Positions 9,483 through 19,159 of a stretch of DNA of 51,693 nucleotides are shown one piece after another. Both the position numbers and the translations under genes were made by a program. Each line of letters begins with the position of its first letter. Position 1 is the stretch's first letter. The notes under the pieces are model-generated. The model saw only the letters and a program-made list of their open reading frames with translations, was not told the DNA's origin and did not search any database. The DNA comes from a bacterium (GTDB taxonomy: Bacteria; Bacillota_I; Bacilli_A; RF39; UBA660), in the NCBI GenBank assembly GCA_963645945.1, contig CAVIUA010000045.1:1-51693 (forward strand), in the 5' to 3' direction.

Positions 9483-9729
9483 TCTACCATCTCCCCACAA
9501 GATAAATAAACTACGATTAGTGTACATTAAATTGTGAAAAAAATAAACCATTTTATTGCAAAATTTTTTATCAACACGATTTCCACATTTTTTTACACAA
9601 CATAAACCATTAATAAATAAGAATAAAATTAACTTATCCACAGTTTCCACAGATTTTAATTCCACATGGTAAAAAAACATTTCCACAAACTTGTGGATAT
9701 TGTTTAAAAATAAAAAAGTACGATTTTAA
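9483..9729. other. oriC part 1: DnaA-box cluster upstream of dnaA
   Basis: Perfect TTATCCACA at 9634-9642. Near-consensus boxes: ATTTCCACA 9579-9587, TTTTACACA 9591-9599, GTTTCCACA 9643-9651, ATTTCCACA 9679-9687, and TGTGGATAT 9692-9700 (reverse complement ATATCCACA). Confidence 0.8.
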
Positions 9730-9759
9730 TTGACAAAACAACACTTATATTATTATAAT
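9730..9759 (+). promoter_or_regulatory. Sigma-A-type promoter of rpmH
   Basis: TTGACA at 9730-9735, an 18-nt spacer, and TATAAT at 9754-9759, about 30 nt upstream of the rpmH RBS GGAGGTGGAG. Confidence 0.65.
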
Positions 9760-9789
9760 AATGTAGATTTATGTCTGGAGGTGGAGCAA

Positions 9790-9912
9790 ATGAAAAGAAC
9801 ATATCAACCAAACAACCGCAAAAAAGCTAAAAAATTAGGTTTCTTTGCACGTAAAAAAACAAATATTTTGAATCGTCGTCGTCGCAAAGGACGTAAACTA
9901 CTTTGCAAATAA
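9790..9912 (+). CDS. rpmH: 50S ribosomal protein L34 (short, 40 aa)
   Basis: MKRTYQPNNRKKAKKLGFFARKK...RRRRKGRKLLCK from the ATG at 9790 with an RBS upstream. The longer track ORF starts inside the promoter. Confidence 0.9.
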   Translation: MKRTYQPNNRKKAKKLGFFARKKTNILNRRRRKGRKLLCK

Positions 9913-9913
9913 G

Positions 9914-9940
9914 CCGCTGCCTAAACATCAGTGGTTTTTT
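9914..9940 (+). terminator. Putative terminator or attenuator between rpmH and rnpA
   Basis: Stem CCGCTG/CAGTGG (one G-T pair) with a 9-nt loop, followed by TTTTTT at 9935-9940. Confidence 0.5.
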
Positions 9941-9969
9941 ACTCTTAGAATTTAAAGTAGGTGATATAG

Positions 9970-10329
9970 TTGAAAAAATTATATGTTGTAAAAAATGCTA
10001 GAGATTTTGAAGATATTATAAAAACAGGTAAAAGAAGTAAAAATAAAAGTTTTATTATATATTATAAGGATAACAACTTACCATATAACAGATATGGAAT
10101 ATCAGTTGGTAAAAAACTTGGAAATGCTGTTTATCGTAACAAATATAAACGAAAAATAAGAGCAATTGTCGATAATTACAAAAAAAACTATATAAATCAT
10201 AAAGATTATATTATAATATTAAGAGGAAGTGCAGAAGACAAACTATATAAAGAACTAGAAGAAGATTACATTTCACTAATAAACAGTATTGGAAAGGACA
10301 CATATAATGAAGCTAAAACAAAAAAATAA
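9970..10329 (+). CDS. rnpA: Ribonuclease P protein component
   Basis: 119 aa, basic, TTG start. It contains YGISVGKKLGNAVYRNKYKRKIR (RNR-like motif). It is in the conserved position after rpmH. Confidence 0.85.
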   Translation: MKKLYVVKNARDFEDIIKTGKRSKNKSFIIYYKDNNLPYNRYGISVGKKLGNAVYRNKYKRKIRAIVDNYKKNYINHKDYIIILRGSAEDKLYKELEEDYISLINSIGKDTYNEAKTKK

Positions 10330-11245
10330 AATAAAATTAATTATAGTATTAGTACTATTATTAATAACAACAGGATGTACAACAACATTAACAGATAAAG
10401 ATAAAAAACCAGTTAAAAACGAAGTCACTGGTCAAAATTTGACCAAAAACATAATTTGTCAGCCAACAAATAAAGAAACAATAAATATTTACAAAGAAAA
10501 TGGAGTAAAAGTTGATAAATTACCAAAATGTGAAAACTTTAAAATAACATCTGGTAAATATGAAGGATTATGGACAAGTTTATTTGTAAAACCTTTAGCA
10601 TTCGTACTAATATTCTTTGGAAAGAACGTAGGCAACTACGCAGTATCATTAATAATATTAACATTAATAATAAGATTACTAGCATATCCAGTTACTAAAA
10701 AGACAGCATTGCAGTCAGAGTTAATAAAAAAAGCACAGCCAGAACTTGATAGACTAAAGAATAAGTATAAAAACAAAACAGATCAAGAATCAATGATGAA
10801 ACAGCAACAAGAAATGATGATGATTTACAAAAAACATAATATAAATCCATTATCAGGATGTCTATTCTCGTTTTTACAATTACCATTATTTATAGCTTTC
10901 TTCGAAGCTGTACAAAGAACACCAGCCATATTTGAAGATAAATTCTTAACATTACAATTAGGAACAACACCTTCAGTAGGAATATTTACTAGTCACTGGC
11001 TAGCATACGCAATTATAATATTACTAATAGGTGGAAGTACATATTACTCATTAAAAATGAATTCAACAGCAAATATGACTGATCCTACAATGAAAATGAT
11101 GCCTACCATGATGACCGTAATGTTAGTATTAACAGGCATCTTCATGCCATCAGGATTAGGAATATACTGGGTAACATCAAATATATTTACCATAGTTCAA
11201 AATATTATTGTTAAAAGGAGTAAAGAAGTAAATGGAAAAGCATAG
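10307..11245 (+). CDS. yidC: Membrane protein insertase YidC/SpoIIIJ-type lipoprotein
   Basis: Start MKLKQKNKIKLIIVLVLLLITTGC carries a lipobox. Multiple TM segments are present, along with the 60-kDa-IMP core (LIIRLLAYPVTKK...Q.ELIK, NPLSGCLFSFLQLPLFIAFF, GLGIYWVTSNIFTIVQ). Confidence 0.88.
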   Translation: MKLKQKNKIKLIIVLVLLLITTGCTTTLTDKDKKPVKNEVTGQNLTKNIICQPTNKETINIYKENGVKVDKLPKCENFKITSGKYEGLWTSLFVKPLAFVLIFFGKNVGNYAVSLIILTLIIRLLAYPVTKKTALQSELIKKAQPELDRLKNKYKNKTDQESMMKQQQEMMMIYKKHNINPLSGCLFSFLQLPLFIAFFEAVQRTPAIFEDKFLTLQLGTTPSVGIFTSHWLAYAIIILLIGGSTYYSLKMNSTANMTDPTMKMMPTMMTVMLVLTGIFMPSGLGIYWVTSNIFTIVQNIIVKRSKEVNGKA

Positions 11246-11846
11246 ATATATAGGAAAAACTAAAGAAGAAGCAATTTCAAATGCAACAATAGATTTACAA
11301 GAAACACAAGATAACCTAATAATAAAAGAACTAGACGAAATAAAAGTTGGTTTATTTAAAAGTAAAAAAATAGAAATAGAAGTAGTGGAAAGACGAGAAG
11401 TAATAAAATACATCAAAGAATATATTCAAAAACTTCTAAAGAATCTAGGATTTACTGCAAATATAGAAATAAAAAATAAAGATGAAATACCAACATATAC
11501 AATATATTCAGATAATGATGCTTTATTAATTGGAAGAAATGGTAAAAATCTAAAAGCACTAACAATTGTAACTAGTCAACATATACTTAATGAACTAGGT
11601 AAAAACTTTAAATTTATTATTGATATAAACTCATATAAAGAAAAAAGAGAGAAGTCACTTGAATATCTAGCTAAAAAAGTTGCTAGAGAAGTAGCCAATA
11701 CAAAAATAGAGGCAAAACTTGACTCAATGAACTCATATGAAAGAAGAATAATTCATAACACTTTAACTAACAACAAGAAAGTGTATACAGAAAGTGAAGG
11801 GGAAGAACCTAATCGTTATGTAGTTATCAAACCAAGAGAAGATTAA
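11232..11846 (+). CDS. jag: Jag/KhpB-type RNA-binding protein (KH + R3H domains)
   Basis: 204 aa. It has the Jag_N start (YIGKTKEEAISNA), a KH-like LIGRNGKNLKAL, and R3H (MNSYERRIIHNTL). It lies downstream of yidC. Confidence 0.85.
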   Translation: MEKHRYIGKTKEEAISNATIDLQETQDNLIIKELDEIKVGLFKSKKIEIEVVERREVIKYIKEYIQKLLKNLGFTANIEIKNKDEIPTYTIYSDNDALLIGRNGKNLKALTIVTSQHILNELGKNFKFIIDINSYKEKREKSLEYLAKKVAREVANTKIEAKLDSMNSYERRIIHNTLTNNKKVYTESEGEEPNRYVVIKPRED

Positions 11847-11924
11847 TTTCTTCTTTTTTTCTTACAAAAAATATCTCAAATTAGAATAATGTGCTATAAT
11901 ATACGAAGAAAAAGGAGAGATACC

Positions 11925-13277
11925 ATGAATGATACAATAGTAGCTATTTCAACAGCACTTGGAGTAGGGGCAATATCAATCGTAAGACTATCAGGAAATG
12001 ATGCTATAAATATTGTCAATAAATGTTTCGAAGGAAAAGACCTAACAAAAGTTGATTCTCATACAATTCATTACGGATTTATCAAAAATGAAACAGAAAG
12101 AATAGATGAAGTATTAGTATCAGTAATGAGAGCACCAAAGACATATACAACAGAAGATATAGTAGAAATCAACTGTCACGGTGGAATAATCACAACAAAA
12201 CAAGTTTTAGAGACAATGTTAAACTCAGGCGCTAGATTAGCTGAACCAGGTGAATTCACAAAAAGAGCTTTTTTAAATGGTAGAATTGACCTAGTTGAAA
12301 GTGAAGCTATCATGGACTTAATTGAAAGTAAAAGTTCCGAAGCAAAAAAAATGGCACTCTCTCAACTTTATGGAGACTTATCAAAATTAATTACCTCATT
12401 TAGAGATAGATTAAAAAATCTTTTATCATCAATAGAAGTTAATATAGATTATCCAGAATACTATGACATAGAAATAGTAACTGAAGAAAAAATAGCTAAA
12501 GAAATAAAATCTATGAAAGAAGAACTTAAAAATCTAATTGAAAGATCAAAGTCCTCTTCAATAATAAAAAATGGAATTCAAACAGTAATACTAGGTAGAC
12601 CAAATGTTGGTAAAAGCAGTATTTTAAATAAATTATTAGATGAAGAAAAAGCTATCGTAACAAACGTAGCCGGAACAACAAGAGATATAGTAGAAGGTCA
12701 AACATACATTGATGGCATTTTAATAAAATTTATAGATACAGCCGGAATCAGAAAAACAGACGACATTGTAGAAAAAATCGGCGTGGAAAAAAGTTTAAAA
12801 GCCGTAGAAGATGCCGATTTAATAATTCTAGTCTTAAACAACAATGAAGAACTAACAGCGGAAGACTTAGAAATTCTAGAAAAAACAAAAGATAAACAAA
12901 GAATTATAGTAATTAATAAAAAAGATTTAGAAAGAAATATTAACTTACCAGAAAGTCTAGAAAACGTAGTAGAAACCGACACTAACTCAATAGAAGGAAT
13001 AGATTCCTTAAAATCAAAAATAAAAGAAATGTTCGACTTAGAAAAAATAACAACAAAAGACTACACATATTTAAGTAATAGTAGACAAATATCATTAATA
13101 ACAAAAGCTTATCAAAGTATTTTATCCGCTGAAAAAAGTCTAAATGAATCATTACCAATAGATTTAATTGCAATAGATTTAAAAGAATGTTTTGATTTAC
13201 TTGGTCAGGTAATAGGTATATCATATACAGACGAAATAATAGATAATTTATTTGAAAACTTTTGCGTAGGAAAATAG
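11925..13277 (+). CDS. mnmE: tRNA modification GTPase MnmE
   Basis: Start [25 protein letters not shown]-domain motifs GRPNVGKSS and DTAGIR are present, with the C-terminal FCVGK. The upstream codons of the track ORF overlap a TGTGCTATAAT extended -10. Confidence 0.95.
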   Translation: MNDTIVAISTALGVGAISIVRLSGNDAINIVNKCFEGKDLTKVDSHTIHYGFIKNETERIDEVLVSVMRAPKTYTTEDIVEINCHGGIITTKQVLETMLNSGARLAEPGEFTKRAFLNGRIDLVESEAIMDLIESKSSEAKKMALSQLYGDLSKLITSFRDRLKNLLSSIEVNIDYPEYYDIEIVTEEKIAKEIKSMKEELKNLIERSKSSSIIKNGIQTVILGRPNVGKSSILNKLLDEEKAIVTNVAGTTRDIVEGQTYIDGILIKFIDTAGIRKTDDIVEKIGVEKSLKAVEDADLIILVLNNNEELTAEDLEILEKTKDKQRIIVINKKDLERNINLPESLENVVETDTNSIEGIDSLKSKIKEMFDLEKITTKDYTYLSNSRQISLITKAYQSILSAEKSLNESLPIDLIAIDLKECFDLLGQVIGISYTDEIIDNLFENFCVGK

Positions 13278-13288
13278 GAAGTGACAAA

Positions 13289-15148
13289 ATGAAATATGAA
13301 GTAATAGTAGTAGGTGGAGGTCATGCAGGATGTGAAGCTTCTTTAGCGACAGCACGTCTTGGACATAAAACCCTATTAATAACAGGAAATATAAAAAATA
13401 TTGCTGATATGCCATGTAATCCATCTATCGGTGGTCCTGCTAAAGGAATAGTTGTTCGTGAAATCGACGCACTAGGTGGCGAAATGGGAAGAAATGCCGA
13501 CAAAGCCACATTACAAATAAAGATGTTAAATACAAAAAAAGGTCCAGCAGTTCAAGCCTTAAGAGCTCAAGCCGATAAAGTAACTTATCCAAAAGAAATG
13601 TTAAAAACACTAAATAGTGAAGAAAATCTAGAAATAAAAGAAGCCATGGTAGAAGATTTAATCGTAACAGATGGCAAAATACAAGGAGTAATACTTGCCG
13701 ATGGAACAAAAATAAACTCTGATGCCGTAATTCTAACAACAGGAACATACCTACGTTCCGTAGTCCTAACTGGATCACAAAAAACACCATCTGGACCAAA
13801 AGGAGAAAAAGAATCTAAATACTTAAGTACAAAATTGAAAGATTTAGGATTCAAAATACTTCGTTTAAAAACAGGAACTCCACCTAGAATAGAAAAATCA
13901 TCAATTGATTATACAAAAACATCAATAGAGTCAGGAGATGATGAAGAATTAACATTCTCTTTTGATAATAAAGCTTATTATGACTACAAAAATCAAATAG
14001 ACTGTCATTTAATCTATACAACACCAGAAACACATAAAATAATAAAAGAACACTTAAAAGAATCAAGTATGTATGGTGGATATGTAGAAGGAGTAGGTCC
14101 AAGATATTGTCCATCTATAGAAGATAAAGTAGTAAGATTTAGTGATAAAGAAAGACATCAATTATTTTTAGAGCCAGAAAGTATTTATTATGATGACATC
14201 TACTTACAAGGTTTTTCAACAAGTATGCCACACAATATTCAAGAATTAATGGTTCATAGTTTACCAGGATTAGAACATGCCAAAATATTAAAATATGCCT
14301 ATGCCATTGAATATGACGCCATCGATTCAAAGCAATTAAAAAGGTCATTAGAAACAAAACTAATCGAAGGATTATATACAGCAGGACAAATTAATGGAAC
14401 ATCAGGCTATGAAGAAGCTGCAGGACAAGGATTAATTGCTGGAATCAATGCTTCCTTAAAATTATCTGGAAAAGACCCATTAATATTAAAAAGAAATGAA
14501 TCATACATTGGAGTTTTAATAGATGACTTAGTAACTAAAGGCGTAAAAGATCCTTATCGTTTACTAACATCAAGAGCAGAGTACAGATTACTCCTAAGAC
14601 ATGATAATGCCGATATCAGACTAAGAAAATATGGTCATGATGTAGGTTTAATATCAGAAGAAAAGTACCAACAATTTGAACAAAAATTAAAAGATATAGA
14701 TAACTTATTTGAACTTCTAAAAGAAACTAGAATTACACCAAAACAACAAACAAATGATTATATAATTTCCATTGGCTCAACACCATTAAAAGATGGTATG
14801 TCACTATATGACTTTTTAAAAAGACCAGAAATTAAAATCGACGATTTAGAACATTTTGTTGATATGCCATACTCAAAAGAAGTAAAAGAACAGGTTGAAA
14901 TAAACATTAAGTATGAAGGATACATAAAAAAATCAAACAAAGAAGCTGAAAAAATGCTATCCTTAGAAGAGAAAATCATTCCAGAGACAATTGACTATGA
15001 CAAAATACCTAACTTAGCTAGTGAAGCAAGACAAAAATTATCAGAAATCAAACCAACAACCATTGGTCAGGCAACAAGAATATCCGGTGTAAACCCAGCA
15101 GATATATCAATACTAATGGTATATATAAGAAGGAATAAACATGAATAA
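13289..15148 (+). CDS. mnmG: tRNA uridine 5-carboxymethylaminomethyl modification enzyme MnmG
   Basis: Start [17 protein letters not shown] (FAD dinucleotide fold). It also contains [12 protein letters not shown] and [17 protein letters not shown]. Confidence 0.96.
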   Translation: MKYEVIVVGGGHAGCEASLATARLGHKTLLITGNIKNIADMPCNPSIGGPAKGIVVREIDALGGEMGRNADKATLQIKMLNTKKGPAVQALRAQADKVTYPKEMLKTLNSEENLEIKEAMVEDLIVTDGKIQGVILADGTKINSDAVILTTGTYLRSVVLTGSQKTPSGPKGEKESKYLSTKLKDLGFKILRLKTGTPPRIEKSSIDYTKTSIESGDDEELTFSFDNKAYYDYKNQIDCHLIYTTPETHKIIKEHLKESSMYGGYVEGVGPRYCPSIEDKVVRFSDKERHQLFLEPESIYYDDIYLQGFSTSMPHNIQELMVHSLPGLEHAKILKYAYAIEYDAIDSKQLKRSLETKLIEGLYTAGQINGTSGYEEAAGQGLIAGINASLKLSGKDPLILKRNESYIGVLIDDLVTKGVKDPYRLLTSRAEYRLLLRHDNADIRLRKYGHDVGLISEEKYQQFEQKLKDIDNLFELLKETRITPKQQTNDYIISIGSTPLKDGMSLYDFLKRPEIKIDDLEHFVDMPYSKEVKEQVEINIKYEGYIKKSNKEAEKMLSLEEKIIPETIDYDKIPNLASEARQKLSEIKPTTIGQATRISGVNPADISILMVYIRRNKHE

Positions 15149-15779
15149 AGAACATTTTATTGTAGAAACAAAGAAATTAGGAATCAATTTAACAGAAGAA
15201 CAATTAAATAAATTAGATCAGTTTTATAATTTATTAATTGAATGGAATGAAAAAATTAATTTAACAAGAATAACAACCAAAGAAGATGTATATTTAAAAC
15301 ACTTTTATGATAGCTTAACTATAGCAAAAGTCATAGATTTATCAACAAAAGAGACCTTATGTGATGTAGGAACAGGTGCTGGATTTCCAGGAATAGTATT
15401 AAAAATAGTATATCCAAATTTAAAAATAACTTTGGTAGATGCCTTACAAAAAAGAGTAAATTATTTAAATACTATTATAAAAGACTTACAATTAGAAAAT
15501 ATTCAAACTATTCATACCCGTGGTGAAGACCTTCATGATAAATATGATGTAGTAACCGCAAGAGCCGTAGCGAACATTGAAAAATTACTAAAATACACAA
15601 TGCATTTAGTAAATAATACAGGCGTATTTGTTGCTATGAAAGGAAATGTAGATAATGAATTAACACCTGAAATAGAAAATAAAATCTCAAAAAAATATCA
15701 AATATTAAAAATAGCTAAATTTGAATTACCTATAGAAAATAGTCAAAGAAGTTTAATTGTCATTAAAAACAAAAAGTAA
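15141..15779 (+). CDS. rsmG: 16S rRNA m7G527 methyltransferase RsmG
   Basis: 212 aa. It has the SAM motif [15 protein letters not shown] and the conserved NLT.I....V...HF.DSL. It lies after mnmG. Confidence 0.92.
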   Translation: MNKEHFIVETKKLGINLTEEQLNKLDQFYNLLIEWNEKINLTRITTKEDVYLKHFYDSLTIAKVIDLSTKETLCDVGTGAGFPGIVLKIVYPNLKITLVDALQKRVNYLNTIIKDLQLENIQTIHTRGEDLHDKYDVVTARAVANIEKLLKYTMHLVNNTGVFVAMKGNVDNELTPEIENKISKKYQILKIAKFELPIENSQRSLIVIKNKK

Positions 15780-16010
15780 TAAAAAGCATAAGTAGTTAAC
15801 TCATTAATTAAGGGCTACTACTTTTTTATTTGAAAAAATCAATTAAAATTATCTAAATAAAAACCAAGCTCAGCAAATAAAATTAAATAAACAAGCTAAA
15901 AATATAATTAAAACTGAACTAGAAAAAAAATCAGCCAAATTAAATTAAATACTACAAATTTAAAACGAATTTAGCCAAAATCGCCTAAATAAATAAAATA
16001 AAAAACTGAT

Positions 16011-16039
16011 ATTGAAAGATTTGACAAACTAAGATATAA
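16011..16039 (+). promoter_or_regulatory. Sigma-A-type promoter of the noc-like gene
   Basis: TTGAAA at 16011-16016, a 17-nt spacer, and TATAAT at 16034-16039, 35 nt upstream of the ATG. Confidence 0.55.
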
Positions 16040-16073
16040 TATAATAGATAAAGAATAAAGCGAGGGATGCAAA

Positions 16074-17384
16074 ATGAATACAGAAACAAAAGACGAAGTT
16101 GTTTATTTATATTTAGATGACATAATTCCAAATCGTTTTCAACCAAGAGAAGTATTTGACGAAAAAGCACTAAGAGAATTAGCAGTTTCAATTAAAGAAC
16201 ATGGTGTAATTCAGCCAATAATCGTACGTCGTGTAAACGGAAAATATGAAATAATTGCTGGAGAACGTCGATATAAAGCATCAGCATTAGCTGGTATGAC
16301 AAAAATCCCTGCTATTATAAGAGATTTAGACGATAAAGAAAGTTCAAAAGTAGCTTTACTTGAAAACCTACAAAGAAAAAATCTTAATCCAATAGAGGAA
16401 GCTAGAACATATCAAAAAATTCTTGAAATAGATCAAATGACTCAAGATGAATTAGCCAAAACAATGGGTAAGAGTCAGTCTGCAGTAGCAAACAAATTAA
16501 GATTATTATCATTATCAGATGAAGTTCAAGATTCATTATTGAAAGAACAAATTTCCGAAAGACATGCTAGAGCCTTATTAAATATTTCAGATGCTAAGAA
16601 GCAAAAAGAAATGTTAAAAAAAGTAATAAGTAATAAAATGACAGTAAGAACATTGGAAGAGGAGATATCAAAAATGAACGGAACGCCAGCAAATGAAAAT
16701 ATTCAGTCTGTAAGAACAACATTAACAAATAATGCTACACCTATAATGCCAACAACAGATATGCCAGAAGATATGTCAAATTATGGAAAAGTAACAATAG
16801 CTCCACCAATAGAAAACGGTCCAGCTAGTAAAGAACAAAAATTTATCAACTATGGTGAAATTGATAAAGAAGCCGTAGAAGAACCTAAAAACTCATATTA
16901 TAATCAAGTTGCAGTTCAACCAGTTGATGTAAATACAATAAAAGAACAAGCCATTGATATAACACCAGGAAATGATACACCATCAGCTGACTTAGATAAT
17001 TTATTAAATATTCAAGCACCAGCAAGTAGCAAATATCCTCATGTAAAAGCTCGTCCAGCACAAGATTATATGACACCAGCTGAAGCAATTGTTAAAGGAG
17101 ATGCCGAAGCTCCTGATGAGTCAATTAAAGATTACTTCCAAATGCCTAATATCAAAGCAACAGACTTTTCACAAGGAGTAGCAGCAGTGCCTGCTCAACA
17201 GTCAATTTCAAGTATCATGAGTAATCCAAACCCAGTTCAAAATACTGGTGCTTATACAACAGAAGAGATTATGGCTAAAATTAGAGACGTAGTAAAAGAC
17301 ATAGAAAGTCATGGTAACAAAATTACTTTTGATGAAATGAATTTTGCAACAGCTTATCAAGTAATCATAAAAGTAGATAAATAA
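16074..17384 (+). CDS. noc: Noc-type ParB-family paralogue with a long low-complexity insertion
   Basis: 436 aa. ParB N-domain (IIPNRFQPR, GVIQPIIVR, IIAGERRYKA, the GERR arginine patch). The HTH region GKSQSAVANKLRLLSLS...SERHARAL has Q, K and R at positions reported as Noc-specific, against R, T/H and G in ParB. It is in the position between rsmG and soj, as for B. subtilis noc. Matching NBS palindromes occur in this window. Confidence 0.75.
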   Translation: MNTETKDEVVYLYLDDIIPNRFQPREVFDEKALRELAVSIKEHGVIQPIIVRRVNGKYEIIAGERRYKASALAGMTKIPAIIRDLDDKESSKVALLENLQRKNLNPIEEARTYQKILEIDQMTQDELAKTMGKSQSAVANKLRLLSLSDEVQDSLLKEQISERHARALLNISDAKKQKEMLKKVISNKMTVRTLEEEISKMNGTPANENIQSVRTTLTNNATPIMPTTDMPEDMSNYGKVTIAPPIENGPASKEQKFINYGEIDKEAVEEPKNSYYNQVAVQPVDVNTIKEQAIDITPGNDTPSADLDNLLNIQAPASSKYPHVKARPAQDYMTPAEAIVKGDAEAPDESIKDYFQMPNIKATDFSQGVAAVPAQQSISSIMSNPNPVQNTGAYTTEEIMAKIRDVVKDIESHGNKITFDEMNFATAYQVIIKVDK

Positions 17385-17409
17385 AAGGTAGATAATTCTA
17401 CTTTTTTTT
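17384..17409 (+). terminator. Rho-independent terminator after noc
   Basis: AAAGGTAGA-taat-TCTACTTT hairpin running into a T8 tract. Confidence 0.6.
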
Positions 17410-17478
17410 AACAAAAACATTTAAAAAAATTCAATTGTTTGATACAATAATTAAGTAAAATTGAAAATGGGTGATTAG

Positions 17479-18267
17479 ATGGGAAAGGTTATATCATTAG
17501 TAAATCAAAAAGGTGGAGTAGGAAAAACAACGACAAGTATCAATCTTTCTGCATCACTAGCAGTATTAGGGAAAAATGTTTTATTAATAGATTTAGATCC
17601 TCAAGGTAATACAACTACTGGTGTAGGAATAAATAAGGGAGAAATTGAACGTAGTATATATGATGTTTTAATAGACGAATGTACAATAACAGAAGCTATT
17701 ATCAAAACAAAATATAAAAACTTATATGTTTTACCTGCAACAATAAATTTAGCCGGAATTGATATTGAATTAGTAGAAAAAAGTAAACAAGAAAATGGTT
17801 TTCAAAAAGGTGAGCAATTAAAAAGACATATAGAAGGAATTAAAGATAGTTTTGATTATATAATAATAGACTGTCCACCTTCTTTAGGGGTTATAACAAC
17901 AAATGCATTAACAGCTTCTAACTCGGTTATAATACCAGTACAATGTGAATTCTTTGCTCTAGAAGGAATAACACAGCTGTTAAAAACTATTATGTTAGCA
18001 CAAAAAACATTAAATCCAGACTTAGTAATCGAAGGTGTTTTACTAACTATGTTAGATTCTAGAACAAATTTAGGTTTTGAAGTAGTAGAAGATATCAGAA
18101 AATTCTTTAAAGAAAAAGTATACAACACAATAATTCCAAGATTAGTTAGATTAACAGAGGCTCCATCACACGGAGAGCCTATAATAGTTTATGATCCAAA
18201 AAGTAGAGGATCAGAAGCTTATATAAATTTAGCAAAGGAAGTGATTGCGAGAAATGGAAACAACTAA
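17479..18267 (+). CDS. soj: ParA/Soj chromosome partitioning ATPase
   Basis: 262 aa. It has the deviant Walker A NQKGGVGKTTT and also contains DLDPQGN and IIDCPPSLG. Confidence 0.93.
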   Translation: MGKVISLVNQKGGVGKTTTSINLSASLAVLGKNVLLIDLDPQGNTTTGVGINKGEIERSIYDVLIDECTITEAIIKTKYKNLYVLPATINLAGIDIELVEKSKQENGFQKGEQLKRHIEGIKDSFDYIIIDCPPSLGVITTNALTASNSVIIPVQCEFFALEGITQLLKTIMLAQKTLNPDLVIEGVLLTMLDSRTNLGFEVVEDIRKFFKEKVYNTIIPRLVRLTEAPSHGEPIIVYDPKSRGSEAYINLAKEVIARNGNN

Positions 18268-19156
18268 TAACAATAAAAGAAGAGCTTTAGGTAGAGGATT
18301 AGAAGAATTATTTTATAATGAGCCAATTGATTACAACAAAGTAGAAGAAAAAATATTAACAGAAACATCAAAAGATGAAATTAAAATGGTAAAAATAGAT
18401 GAATTAAGAAGTAATCCATACCAACCAAGAAAAGTATTTGATGAAACAGCACTTCAAGAATTAGCAGCCTCAATCAAGGAACACGGTGTATTTCAACCTA
18501 TAATAATAAAAAAAAGTATTAAAGGATACGAAATAATAGCCGGAGAAAGAAGAGTAAAGGCCTCAAAACTAGCAGGTTTAGACGAAATACCAGCAATAAT
18601 TCGTGATTTTTCAGATGATGAAATGATGGAAATTGCTCTACTTGAAAACTTACAAAGAGAAAATTTAAATGCTATAGAAGAAGCAAATGCTTACAAAAAA
18701 TTACTAGAAACATTACAATTAACTCAAGAACAACTATCAAATAGACTAGGTAAAAGTAGAAGTCATATCACAAATATGATAGGTCTATTAAATTTACCAG
18801 AAGAAGTACAAAAACTACTTAGTAGTAAAGAAATAAGTGCTGGACATGCAAGAATAATAAGCAAACTAGAAAATGAAGAGCAACAAATAAGTCTTGCTAA
18901 AAAAGTAGTAGATGAAGGACTAAGTGTTAGACAACTAGAAGATATTACTCATTCTAATGAAAAGTTCTTAAGAGTACATGAAATTAAAAGAAGAACAAAA
19001 GAGACAAGTTCAGAATATGTATATTTAGAAGAAGAACTATGTGAAAAATTAGGTACAAAAGTAAAAATTAAAACAAATAAAATAGAAATCAGTTTTGTTA
19101 ACGGAAATGATCTAAACAGGCTATTAGAAATAATGAATTTAGAATCAAGGAGGTAA
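18254..19156 (+). CDS. spo0J: ParB/Spo0J chromosome partitioning protein
   Basis: Start METTNNNKRRALGRGLEELF, the ParA-interacting motif. It contains GERR, and the HTH region GKSRSHITNMIGLLNLP...SAGHARII has ParB-type R and G specificity residues. It overlaps the soj stop by 14 nt. Confidence 0.9.
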   Translation: METTNNNKRRALGRGLEELFYNEPIDYNKVEEKILTETSKDEIKMVKIDELRSNPYQPRKVFDETALQELAASIKEHGVFQPIIIKKSIKGYEIIAGERRVKASKLAGLDEIPAIIRDFSDDEMMEIALLENLQRENLNAIEEANAYKKLLETLQLTQEQLSNRLGKSRSHITNMIGLLNLPEEVQKLLSSKEISAGHARIISKLENEEQQISLAKKVVDEGLSVRQLEDITHSNEKFLRVHEIKRRTKETSSEYVYLEEELCEKLGTKVKIKTNKIEISFVNGNDLNRLLEIMNLESRR

Positions 19157-19159
19157 TAC

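Noticed and set aside
9483-9686. A 68-codon N-terminal extension of dnaA in the track ORF. Similar extensions occur for comK (6699-6794), mnmE, mnmG, fba, mreB, argS and agrA.
   Set aside because: The extensions run through DnaA boxes or promoter hexamers, lack an RBS, and lack homology. Internal ATGs with good RBS give canonical N-termini.
15841-16010. Repeated A-rich words upstream of the noc promoter, considered as iterons. They are AGCAAATAAAATTAAATAAA, AGCTAAAAATATAATTAAAA, AGCCAAATTAAATTAAATAC and AGCCAAAATCGCCTAAATAAATAAAA.
   Set aside because: The spacing is irregular (about 24, 39 and 40 nt) and the similarity is low outside the A/T runs. This looks like AT-rich low-complexity or curved DNA. 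It may still be worth a motif search, but I cannot support a feature.
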